From sequence record MW735835.1: a stretch of DNA of 64,000 nt; one strand, written 5' to 3'. This document shows positions 1 to 7,781 of this stretch, one piece after another. A program made the translations under genes and the position numbers. The first letter of the stretch is position 1; each line of letters begins with the position of its first letter. The DNA is from Pseudomonas phage pPa_SNUABM_DT01. The notes beneath the pieces are model-generated. The model made no database searches, was not told the DNA's origin, and saw nothing but the letters and a program-made list of their open reading frames with translations.

Positions 1-1
1 A

Positions 2-532
2 AGCCTGACCGTCATCGAAGTGATGGGCAAGCCGTACCGCGCCCTGCTCGAGAAGGGCCTCACCCCTGAAGCACTGATCGGCAACGACATGTCCGGTCGT
101 CGTTTCAAGGAAGGCGAACTGCTCGAGAAGAAAGCCCTGCTCGAGTCCGTCTACACCCGCGAGATGAACCTGCGTAGCGTCAAGGTACAGGCCGAGATGG
201 CCGGTATCGTGCGCGATGCCATCAAGGTCGTCGTGGGCGAGTCCATGATCGAGAAGCAACTCGGCGAGAAGGCCGCCGATGCCAACGCTCGTCTGCTGCA
301 ACTCGTGGCGAAGATCACCCCGCAGAACTGCGATGCTCTCAACCTGCTGGTCGAGGAAATCATCTGCGACGTGTTCTACCCGGAAACCGACGCCATCACC
401 TTCATCCGCCTGATGAACCAGGCTGGTAAGGCCGTGGCCGAAGATACCGACCCGCGCGAGATCGCCCTGCTGGCGACCATCAAGTACGTCAACTACTGGC
501 TCTGCCGGCAGATGGGCTTGGTGTCCGCTTAA
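2..532 (+). CDS. hypothetical protein, 5' end outside window (frame open from position 2)
   Basis: Open frame with balanced, protein-like composition and GC-rich third positions; no stop upstream within the window. The antisense ORF 151..363 has biased composition. Confidence 0.55.
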   Translation, partial: SLTVIEVMGKPYRALLEKGLTPEALIGNDMSGRRFKEGELLEKKALLESVYTREMNLRSVKVQAEMAGIVRDAIKVVVGESMIEKQLGEKAADANARLLQLVAKITPQNCDALNLLVEEIICDVFYPETDAITFIRLMNQAGKAVAEDTDPREIALLATIKYVNYWLCRQMGLVSA

Positions 533-586
533 CTACGTCACCAGCCGGAGGGGTAAAACCCTCCGGCTATCATCAGGATTTTCGCA

Positions 587-1318
587 ATGAGCATTAAATC
601 GAGCCAGTTCATCCGAGACGCTGCCCGTGTCCACAAGGCCTGGGAGAAAACCTCTGAAGGGTCGATGGTGGCGCTGAAGCCGTTGAAGGTGTACATCCCT
701 GCTCGGTTCCCTCAGCGCGAGTTGGCCTTGTTCGAAGACGAGATCACCTTCGTCGGTATCTGTGCAGTCGTGTTGGAAGACAAGTACTACATGGCTTCAC
801 GGATCTGTGCTCCGATCCGCAGTGAACCCACGCTGGTCAACAACGTGGTGATTGATGATGTCGAGTACATCGAGATGCAGTACGAACCGGGCGACCGAGT
901 CATTTGCTCCGAAGACCTCGTCATGATCGACAACCTGCTGTATCGGATCTACGACGAGATCATCGCGAAAGGGCGCGTACCGTGGTACGTCTCTTACCGC
1001 GAACTGGGTGGCATCTTTGCTACCTCGTTGAAGCACGCTGGTGTCCGCGTGGGTAAAACCCCCACGGTGATGGAGATCATTGCCAGTGCTATTTGCCGTG
1101 ACTCTGAGGACCTCAGACGGTATTACCGTCAAACCGTGGAAACTTATGAGGATATCACGGCGAATCCGCCTACCATCATTCCGCTCCGTAACGTCAGCTA
1201 CGGTGCCACCAACACCATCGCAAAGCTAACCGGTTCTCGCTTCGACGAAGGTATGACCGCTGCAATCGTCAACCCCGGCGAGCGTGTCGAGAGAACCGAG
1301 CGGGTACTCCGAACGTAA
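587..1318 (+). CDS. hypothetical protein
   Basis: 243-aa ORF with protein-like composition and an ATG after a short intergenic gap. The antisense ORF 797..1132 is compositionally aberrant. Confidence 0.6.
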   Translation: MSIKSSQFIRDAARVHKAWEKTSEGSMVALKPLKVYIPARFPQRELALFEDEITFVGICAVVLEDKYYMASRICAPIRSEPTLVNNVVIDDVEYIEMQYEPGDRVICSEDLVMIDNLLYRIYDEIIAKGRVPWYVSYRELGGIFATSLKHAGVRVGKTPTVMEIIASAICRDSEDLRRYYRQTVETYEDITANPPTIIPLRNVSYGATNTIAKLTGSRFDEGMTAAIVNPGERVERTERVLRT

Positions 1319-1330
1319 AAGGATTCCGAC

Positions 1331-2116
1331 ATGGAACGAATCATTTATCAATGTAACGTGTTGAAGGGCATCAATAAGGTTGGGGACCTGAAGAAGCTCG
1401 ACAACGGTTACGTAGAAGTGCGCCTGGGGGCCATCGGGGCCTTCAACAGCGCAGGTTGGCTCTACCGTGAGGAAGAGGGCCGTCGTCTGCTCGAGGGTTC
1501 GGGCGGTCTGATGCGCATGATCAACCAGAACAACACCCTGCGTGGTGAGTGCGGCCATCCGCGCTTCCAGCCGGGCATGAGCCAACTGGCTTGGTTCACC
1601 CGTGTCAACGACATCTTCGAACCGAACACCTGCTTCCACATGCGCCGCCTGATGCTGGCGCCTGGCAAGGACGAGCAGGGTCGTCCGGTCACCGACGTGC
1701 TGGCTGAAGTCCGTGCCTCGGGTAAAGAAAGTGCTTGGTTCGACAAGCAGCTGGAGAACCGTGACGAGAACGTCTGCTTCTCCATCCGTTCCTTCACCGA
1801 AGACAAGGTCATCGGCGGCGTCAAGACCAAGCTGCTGAAAAAGATCGTGACCTGGGACACCGTCAACGAGCCTGGCATCGCCAACTCGTCCAAGTACGGT
1901 ACCCCGTCGCTCGAATCGGCCTCGTCCGACATCATCCTGCCGGAAGCCGAGCTGGAACACGCCTTCTTCGTCGACGCTCTGCGTACCGAAGCCAAAGCCC
2001 TGCCGGTCGGCGTGGGTGAAGGTGTCAGCTTCGAGAGCGGCAGCAACGTCATGTCCCTCATTGCTGAGATCGAGCGTCCTATCCGGGCCTTCGTTCCCAG
2101 TTCCTGGAGGTGGTAA
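1331..2116 (+). CDS. hypothetical protein (possibly virion or prohead associated)
   Basis: 261-aa ORF packed tightly after the previous gene and 1 nt before the next. The opposite-strand ORFs 1226..3448 and 1462..2268 are rich in R/V/D/H/S, typical of antisense artefacts. Confidence 0.6.
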   Translation: MERIIYQCNVLKGINKVGDLKKLDNGYVEVRLGAIGAFNSAGWLYREEEGRRLLEGSGGLMRMINQNNTLRGECGHPRFQPGMSQLAWFTRVNDIFEPNTCFHMRRLMLAPGKDEQGRPVTDVLAEVRASGKESAWFDKQLENRDENVCFSIRSFTEDKVIGGVKTKLLKKIVTWDTVNEPGIANSSKYGTPSLESASSDIILPEAELEHAFFVDALRTEAKALPVGVGEGVSFESGSNVMSLIAEIERPIRAFVPSSWRW

Positions 2117-3406
2117 ATGCAAGACTCCATCAACTCGGCGTTGGTGGGGGCTGCTGACCAGCTGGAGTCGGAGATTTCTCTGGCTCCAGCCCTTCCCGTT
2201 ATTTCTGAGTTGGCCGATATCGAGGACAGTCGTCTTCTCCTCGAAGGTTGCGTCGAACAGATGACCATGGCCGATGGTTCGGTCGTGGATGTACTGGAAG
2301 CTGAGCAGACCTACCGTGATTGGCGAGCGAACCACACCGACCTGGTGCCTGGTCACGCCGTTACTGGTGATGCGCTGGTGGATGAAATCCGCGCCACCAT
2401 GGAGATGCTGAACAATCCGTCGATGGAATCGGATCTGGTGCAGCAGCTCAAACGTACCTTCTTCTCTATGTCGACGGCCATGAAGACCTTCGGCAAGAAC
2501 CTGGTGGATATCAAGGCTGCGCTGGGCACCAAGAAGACCGCCATTGCTGCCAACCCGGTCCTGATTGGGTCGCCTGCTGCGTACGGGTTCCTGACCCGTG
2601 ACAACAAGGCAGTGGACATCGGCAGCACTTCGCTGGACGAGGACATCAAGTTCATCGATCTGGCCACCGAGCACTACCAGCGCATGTTCGACAAGTCGGC
2701 TGAGCTGGGTAAACGGTTCCGTGAAGCTTGCACCAGTGACAGCAACGAGAACATCCGTGAGGCCATCGACTTCTTCGATGACAACATGGTGGACCGCAGT
2801 CAGCTGGAAGACCTCACCAAGTTTCATCTGCTGGGTAACCGTACTGTCTACCTGGACAAGCATGGCTACCCGCAGTTCAAGAAGTCGGGCAATATCTGGA
2901 AAGCCGCCTTCGGTGAATCCGGTGGTCTGATGCCTGCATTGGCGAAGAAAAAGGTCCATGGCTTTGCTATCGGCGGTCCGCTGAAGGCAGTCTCGGTCCC
3001 GGGCATGAACGACGTGGCAGCGAAACGCCAGGTCAACGCAGCCATCAAAGCCAGTGGTGGGGAAACCGCAGTCGGCGAGTTCATGAGCACCTTGGACAAA
3101 GCCATCCTGCTGAACAACCGTGCTGTCAGGTTTGCACAAATGGCAGCATCGATGAGTGAGCGCGTGCAGCGCCTCTCGGCTGACATGGAAGACGCGTACG
3201 ACCATGTCAACGACGAAAAGGTACTGCATGAGAACCTCATCCGTATTCGGGAACTTCGGTCGCTGTACCGCACTGGTCGTCGGACTGTAGCGCAGTACAT
3301 GTTCCTGGGTAAAGCCATCGCCACCATGATGGAAGACCATGCGTCTTACGTTTACCGCAACATCACTCTTATCGCCAACGACGTCCTGAAGAAGGCATCG
3401 AAATAA
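2117..3406 (+). CDS. hypothetical protein
   Basis: 429-aa ORF with normal composition. Its start is adjacent to the stop of the upstream gene (TAA-ATG), suggesting an operon. Confidence 0.6.
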   Translation: MQDSINSALVGAADQLESEISLAPALPVISELADIEDSRLLLEGCVEQMTMADGSVVDVLEAEQTYRDWRANHTDLVPGHAVTGDALVDEIRATMEMLNNPSMESDLVQQLKRTFFSMSTAMKTFGKNLVDIKAALGTKKTAIAANPVLIGSPAAYGFLTRDNKAVDIGSTSLDEDIKFIDLATEHYQRMFDKSAELGKRFREACTSDSNENIREAIDFFDDNMVDRSQLEDLTKFHLLGNRTVYLDKHGYPQFKKSGNIWKAAFGESGGLMPALAKKKVHGFAIGGPLKAVSVPGMNDVAAKRQVNAAIKASGGETAVGEFMSTLDKAILLNNRAVRFAQMAASMSERVQRLSADMEDAYDHVNDEKVLHENLIRIRELRSLYRTGRRTVAQYMFLGKAIATMMEDHASYVYRNITLIANDVLKKASK

Positions 3407-3417
3407 GGAATTGCGCC

Positions 3418-4677
3418 ATGCGCCAAAACTCCATCCTGCAACACGCACTGAACGTGTCTGTTGAATCCCAGCAGGCCGATGCGGCCATTGAAGAGCTGGT
3501 CAGCGAACAAGCCATCGAAGGCATCATGCCGGCTCCCCAAGCGCTCGAAGAGATCGCTCAGGTAGAAGGCGACATCGAGACCCTCGACCAGGTCGAACAA
3601 ACCCTGGGTAGCGACGGCGTATCCCTCGAGTCCCTGGCCCACGCCCGCGGCATCATCGACGCCATCGGCCTGCGCTACGGCGCCACCAGCACCTACGCTT
3701 CCATGGAATCGGCCGACGACTACCGCCTGAACAAGGACGCGATCCTGGCCGATCTCCAGCAGTACCGCACCGGCCTGGAAAGCCACATCACCGCTTCGAT
3801 GGAAGGTTTCTTCCTGGCCGGTAACAGCCTGAAGAACATCGGTAAGAATATCGATGTGATGAAGAAGACCATCACCGTCCTCAAGTCCAGCGAAAACGAA
3901 AAGATCAAAGAGATCAAGTTCGGCACGCTGAAGCTCTTCCTGCGCATCGGCGGCGGTTTCCCGCAAGACCTGCCGCGTGCCATCAAGGAAGTGGGCCGGG
4001 GCCTGGAACTGGCCAACAAGCACTCCGATGACGTCCTGGGCGCTGCGCAACGTGCTGCCGAGATCGCCATCAAGACCGACTGGTCTGACCTGAACGCTGC
4101 CGACAAGGCCCGTGAGCAGATCAAGGGTATCAACCTGGACCTGGCCAAGATCTCCTCCGATCTGAACGGTTTCCCGATGTTCGGCAACCGTGCCTTCGGT
4201 GTGAAGATCAAAGGTGACGCCGGTGAGCTGGGCGAGTGGAACAAGAAGTACTCCTTCGGCGCTGGCACCCCCAACGCTGGCTTCCTGCGCACCACCATCA
4301 TGATGGTAGGTCTGGCCCTGAGCCTGACCTTCAGCCCGCTGGGCGGCATCCTGATCATCGTGGCTGCCGGTAACGCCGGTGGCGGCAAGCGCGAGATCCC
4401 GATCAAGGACTTCGCTGCTGGTCTGAGTGACTACGCCAAGTCCGCTGAGAAGGTGTACGCTCAGCGCGGCAACGCCATCAAGAAGAGCACTGTCCACAAG
4501 AAGCTCATGGGCGACCTGAAGAACGTCAAGGGCCTGCCCAAGGACGTCCGCAAGGCCATCGCTCGCGCTTCCAGCTTCGGCTGGAGCATCTCCAACGGCG
4601 TCTACGACGTTGTGGAGCACAGCGTCTACGCACTGGCTGCTGCCAGCGTGAAAGCTGCCTACAACACCGACGACTGA
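3418..4677 (+). CDS. hypothetical protein with a C-terminal hydrophobic segment
   Basis: 419-aa ORF with a purine-rich SD (aaggaattgcgccATG). It contains a hydrophobic stretch TTIMMVGLALSLTFSPLGGILIIVAAG and is followed by hairpin 4687-4714. Confidence 0.6.
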   Translation: MRQNSILQHALNVSVESQQADAAIEELVSEQAIEGIMPAPQALEEIAQVEGDIETLDQVEQTLGSDGVSLESLAHARGIIDAIGLRYGATSTYASMESADDYRLNKDAILADLQQYRTGLESHITASMEGFFLAGNSLKNIGKNIDVMKKTITVLKSSENEKIKEIKFGTLKLFLRIGGGFPQDLPRAIKEVGRGLELANKHSDDVLGAAQRAAEIAIKTDWSDLNAADKAREQIKGINLDLAKISSDLNGFPMFGNRAFGVKIKGDAGELGEWNKKYSFGAGTPNAGFLRTTIMMVGLALSLTFSPLGGILIIVAAGNAGGGKREIPIKDFAAGLSDYAKSAEKVYAQRGNAIKKSTVHKKLMGDLKNVKGLPKDVRKAIARASSFGWSISNGVYDVVEHSVYALAAASVKAAYNTDD

Positions 4678-4686
4678 TCGTCAACA

Positions 4687-4723
4687 TACAGGGAGGAGCC
4701 TAGGCTCCTCCCTGTATGCCGTG
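4687..4723 (+). terminator. GC-rich hairpin (acagggaggagcctaggctcctccctgt) followed by a TATGCCGTGT box
   Basis: Perfect 12-bp stem with a cctagg loop directly after the stop at 4677. The 3' side carries the conserved TATGCCGTGT motif rather than a U-tract, so it may be a processing or terminator element. Confidence 0.5.
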
Positions 4724-4744
4724 TGTTCGATTCGATTCCAATAT

Positions 4745-4770
4745 TTTTCAATGATACATGATACCAGTGA
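4745..4770 (+). promoter_or_regulatory. AT-rich promoter-like box tttttcaatgATACATGATAcCAGTGA (class A)
   Basis: A near-identical box recurs at 7720-7750, 22371-22396 and 25317-25344, always 40-60 nt upstream of a + strand start. It is AT-rich in a GC-rich genome. Confidence 0.55.
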
Positions 4771-4815
4771 CTAAGGAGAATAATCTCCCTTAACCATCTC
4801 CCTGGAGGAGTTATC

Positions 4816-4956
4816 ATGAAAGAGTTCCTGCTGCTTAGTGTAGGTGTTGGTCTGGGTTTCTGGCTCCGTGGTCGTTTCGACGCTGAGAAGAAGCTGAAGG
4901 AAGAGAACATCATCCTTCGCAACAAACTGAAACCCGAAGAAAACAAAGGCGAATAA
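4816..4956 (+). CDS. small single-pass membrane protein (46 aa)
   Basis: SD ggaggag 6 nt before the ATG. N-terminal hydrophobic helix LLLSVGVGLGFWL followed by a charged tail. Too short for the ORF track. Confidence 0.45.
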   Translation: MKEFLLLSVGVGLGFWLRGRFDAEKKLKEENIILRNKLKPEENKGE

Positions 4957-4958
4957 CC

Positions 4959-5096
4959 ATGGTCGGCTTTAACCCCTGGATCGACACCGCGATCATCTGC
5001 GCTCTCATGGCCATCTGCGCCCTCGGCTGGTATGCTGAGGTCAAGTGGAACAAGCGCAAGCAATCCCAACTGCGTGGCGCTACCCGCGTCGCGTAA
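4959..5096 (+). CDS. small membrane protein (45 aa)
   Basis: ATG 2 nt after the previous stop. Hydrophobic core IICALMAICALGW followed by a basic tail KWNKRKQSQLRG. Confidence 0.4.
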   Translation: MVGFNPWIDTAIICALMAICALGWYAEVKWNKRKQSQLRGATRVA

Positions 5097-5152
5097 CAAC
5101 CCCGCAACACAAACCCAACGCAATACCCTTTCCACTACTGGAGATACGTAAC

Positions 5153-5425
5153 ATGGCATTCCTCGAAACCCTGAAGCAACTCGGTCAAGTCGTCGTCGAA
5201 GGCGTCAAGAACCATCCCATCGCTGCCGCCGGCATCGGCGTAGGCACTGTCGCCACCATCGGTGGTGTCAGCTACTACCGCCATCGCAAAGGCAAGAAGC
5301 TGGCCGAAGCTGCCATGACCACCCTCGGTTATGACAAGAACAACCCGGCCCAGCCTCTGGCTGAACCCGCCGTCGCTGCTGCTGAAGCTGCCCCCGCTCC
5401 CACCGAGCCGGCGCCTCAGCAGTAA
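5153..5425 (+). CDS. small membrane protein (90 aa) with an Ala/Pro-rich C-terminus
   Basis: Internal ATG of track ORF 5045..5425 with SD ggagatacgtaacATG. Gly/Ala-rich TM segment AAAGIGVGTVATIGGV followed by basic residues and a PAPT low-complexity tail. Confidence 0.45.
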   Translation: MAFLETLKQLGQVVVEGVKNHPIAAAGIGVGTVATIGGVSYYRHRKGKKLAEAAMTTLGYDKNNPAQPLAEPAVAAAEAAPAPTEPAPQQ

Positions 5426-5437
5426 CGACCACCGAAA

Positions 5438-5466
5438 GAAAGGGCCTCCGGGCCCCTTCTTTTTTG
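5438..5466 (+). terminator. intrinsic terminator (GC hairpin gggcctccgggccc plus T-run)
   Basis: Stem-loop followed by ttcttttttg directly after the stop at 5425. Confidence 0.6.
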
Positions 5467-5497
5467 CCCTGAGAGATTCCATTCAAGGAATTCTCAG

Positions 5498-5520
5498 AGA
5501 TACATTATCAACGTGTATAT
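5498..5520 (+). promoter_or_regulatory. promoter-like box gATACATTATCAACGTGtATAT (class B)
   Basis: Nearly identical to 40835-40857 upstream of the putative shell gene. Located about 95 nt upstream of the ATG at 5613. Confidence 0.5.
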
Positions 5521-5612
5521 TGGAAGCAGTGCGTAAATAAAAACGCAACGCGCTGAAGATGTGCGACAACACGTGTTGATCGATCATTTCTACATCCCTA
5601 GGAGTTACACCA

Positions 5613-6092
5613 ATGAGTGAAGTTCTGAACAAAGTCAGCCAGGCCATGAAAGACGTCGCCGCTCAATTCGAGAGCGCTGTTGGTTTCGACGACGATGGCG
5701 CAGCTGTACTGCCCGAGACCTGGGTCAAGGACAACCTGGCACTGGCCTCCGGTAGCGAAGAGCTGAGCCTCGAGACCGTCAACCTGGTGCAGAACACCGA
5801 AGCCACCTTCGCCGGCGGCATCGCCCTGGGTCTGGGTAACTCCGGCCTCAAGCGCATGCAGGAAAAAGCCGACCTGGAACGCGTCTCCGCCTCCGTCGAC
5901 TTCGGCAGCAACACCATCCGCGCCTCCGTCGATCGCCAGATCATGGTCCGTGCACCGGGCTCCACCGAAGAGAAGCCGAAGCACGGCAACGTCTCCGTCA
6001 AGCTCGATTCCGGCGCTGCCGCGAAGAAAGGCGACCTGAAGCGCGTCGTTACCCACGTGAACGAAGCCTTCACCGCCGCCTTCAGCAAATAA
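5613..6092 (+). CDS. hypothetical protein
   Basis: 159-aa ORF with SD aggagttacaccaATG. The antisense ORFs 5598..6113 and 5663..6088 are Gly/Ala/Arg-biased. Confidence 0.65.
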   Translation: MSEVLNKVSQAMKDVAAQFESAVGFDDDGAAVLPETWVKDNLALASGSEELSLETVNLVQNTEATFAGGIALGLGNSGLKRMQEKADLERVSASVDFGSNTIRASVDRQIMVRAPGSTEEKPKHGNVSVKLDSGAAAKKGDLKRVVTHVNEAFTAAFSK

Positions 6093-6110
6093 GCTGATCG
6101 CCCCGGCCCG

Positions 6111-6139
6111 CATCCAGCCGCTCTCGTAGCGGCTGGATG
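6111..6139 (+). terminator. hairpin catccagccgctctcgtagcggctggatg followed by tttatgcc
   Basis: Perfect 12-bp inverted repeat 19 nt after the stop at 6092, with a short T-stretch and a TATGCC-like flank. Confidence 0.5.
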
Positions 6140-6182
6140 TTTATGCCCTTAATTTTTTCTCTGATACCAAGGACGCACCACC

Positions 6183-6728
6183 ATGGACAAGAAGCAATTC
6201 GTGAAGGATGAGCTGAAGACGCTCGGCGAAACACTGCTCGGCCTGGGTTACTACTTCCGTCTGATCATGACTGACGACATCGACAGCATGACCCTGATCC
6301 GCGAACGGGCCAAAGAAAAGGTCTCCCACGCCAGCAAGAAGGAATGGGGCCAGGAGTTCTACAACGGCCTGTGCATCGGCGACGCCCTTCAGGAACGTGT
6401 GGATGCGCTGGTGCGCCAGTACAAGCCCGAGGTACTGGCCCTCATCAAAGGCAGTCGTGAAGAGCTGGATCAGCTCGGCATCGAGGTCATCGAAGACAAG
6501 CAGCAGAAAGCCAACCTGCTGATCTTCTCCTGCTGCGGCATGGGCTTCTTCATCTCCGAACGTATTCACAAGCCTCGTGACCAGCGTGCTCGCCGTACCA
6601 CTATGGCGGATGTACGTCACCAGGCCCTTTCGACGCCTCCGGCCAAGCCGGCTGCGGCGCACAAAGACCAACCGGTGACTCGCAACAAACGTCGACAGTT
6701 TGTGACCATCCGTCGCATCGTCAATTGA
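6183..6728 (+). CDS. hypothetical protein
   Basis: 181-aa ORF with protein-like composition and a basic C-terminus. Confidence 0.6.
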   Translation: MDKKQFVKDELKTLGETLLGLGYYFRLIMTDDIDSMTLIRERAKEKVSHASKKEWGQEFYNGLCIGDALQERVDALVRQYKPEVLALIKGSREELDQLGIEVIEDKQQKANLLIFSCCGMGFFISERIHKPRDQRARRTTMADVRHQALSTPPAKPAAAHKDQPVTRNKRRQFVTIRRIVN

Positions 6729-6773
6729 TCCGCGAGTGGGGAGTGCGTTGACGCTCCCCTACTGAGGTGTCTT

Positions 6774-7289
6774 ATGAAAGCGCTCACCCCTATTGAAGGC
6801 GCCTTGATTGGAGCAATGCAGGCGGCTCGTCCGTACATCCAGCGCTCATTGCTCGAACAGCAAGTGTGGACGTACCAGTTTGGTGACGGTCCTACTTACC
6901 CCGAGGACTTCACGATCCTGGACAGTCTGGACAGCGATAACGACATCATTGAATTGCGCTTCACTCCGACCAACCGGCCGGATTATGAACTGCGCATCTG
7001 GGTGAAGTTCATCGAGGCTCCGACCAAGCAAGTGACCGACCACCTCGAAATCGATGTCAACCTGACGCATGGTGCTGTCTACATGGAAGGCGCTACTTGC
7101 GAGTGTCACTCCGAAGAGTACAACATCGTCCAGGACATCGGGACGGTCATCAATGTCATCGCGAACATGGACCTGTGCTTCAAGGTGCGCGCCGAAGCTG
7201 CGGCTGCCCTAGCACAAGTCGCCCAAGCCCAGACCGAACGAGAAGAACGCAAGGCGCGCTTCTCCGTCGTTGAAGGCACCAAGCATTAA
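6774..7289 (+). CDS. hypothetical protein
   Basis: 171-aa ORF with SD gaggtgtcttATG. Confidence 0.6.
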   Translation: MKALTPIEGALIGAMQAARPYIQRSLLEQQVWTYQFGDGPTYPEDFTILDSLDSDNDIIELRFTPTNRPDYELRIWVKFIEAPTKQVTDHLEIDVNLTHGAVYMEGATCECHSEEYNIVQDIGTVINVIANMDLCFKVRAEAAAALAQVAQAQTEREERKARFSVVEGTKH

Positions 7290-7301
7290 GGCCCAGCCAG
7301 C

Positions 7302-7670
7302 ATGGAACTTTTCGATTATTACGTCGAACCTGTGGTCAATGTAGAGACAGCCTTTAACCATGTGGCCTTAGAGGCCGCTATAAGGCTCATAGAGAGCGAT
7401 TCAGACGTTCACCCGTACAATCCCTCTCAACGCATTGATCTACGTGCTATGACGCACGTGGAGAGCATTAATGCCCTGCGTGAGCTGATCCATATGTCTG
7501 GCTTCGAACTGGACATCAACAAGATCCTCTGCGAGAACAACCGTTTAGAGACCCCGTACGAGCGCACCATCAAGAAGGCGTTCATGACGAATCACTACAT
7601 GGTCGAGTCCTCAAAAGGCTGGCTGGTCTTCGATACTCATGTGGACACTCACATTGAGGTCTACAAGTGA
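7302..7670 (+). CDS. hypothetical protein
   Basis: 122-aa ORF 12 nt after the previous stop. Confidence 0.55.
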   Translation: MELFDYYVEPVVNVETAFNHVALEAAIRLIESDSDVHPYNPSQRIDLRAMTHVESINALRELIHMSGFELDINKILCENNRLETPYERTIKKAFMTNHYMVESSKGWLVFDTHVDTHIEVYK

Positions 7671-7676
7671 ATACTG

Positions 7677-7710
7677 GGGAGAGCGCTTGCTCTCCCCGCT
7701 ATGCCGTGTC
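7677..7710 (+). terminator. hairpin ggggagagcgcttgctctcccc followed by a TATGCCGTGT box
   Basis: Starts 7 nt after the stop at 7670. Same architecture as 4687-4723. Confidence 0.5.
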
Positions 7711-7719
7711 GATTGAAAA

Positions 7720-7750
7720 GTTTTACAGCAATACATGATAGCAGTGAGTA
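7720..7750 (+). promoter_or_regulatory. promoter-like box ttttacagcaATACATGATAgCAGTGAgta (class A)
   Basis: Matches the 4745 box at 20 of 24 positions. Located 32 nt upstream of the SD/ATG of gene 7782. Confidence 0.55.
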
Positions 7751-7781
7751 ACCACCATCCTATCCATCCTGGAGATGTATC

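Noticed and set aside
1226-4620. Minus-strand ORFs 1226..3448 (740 aa) and 3352..4620 (422 aa)
   Set aside because: Antisense to three well-formed + genes. Extreme D/V/G/H/L content and no ribosome-binding sites.
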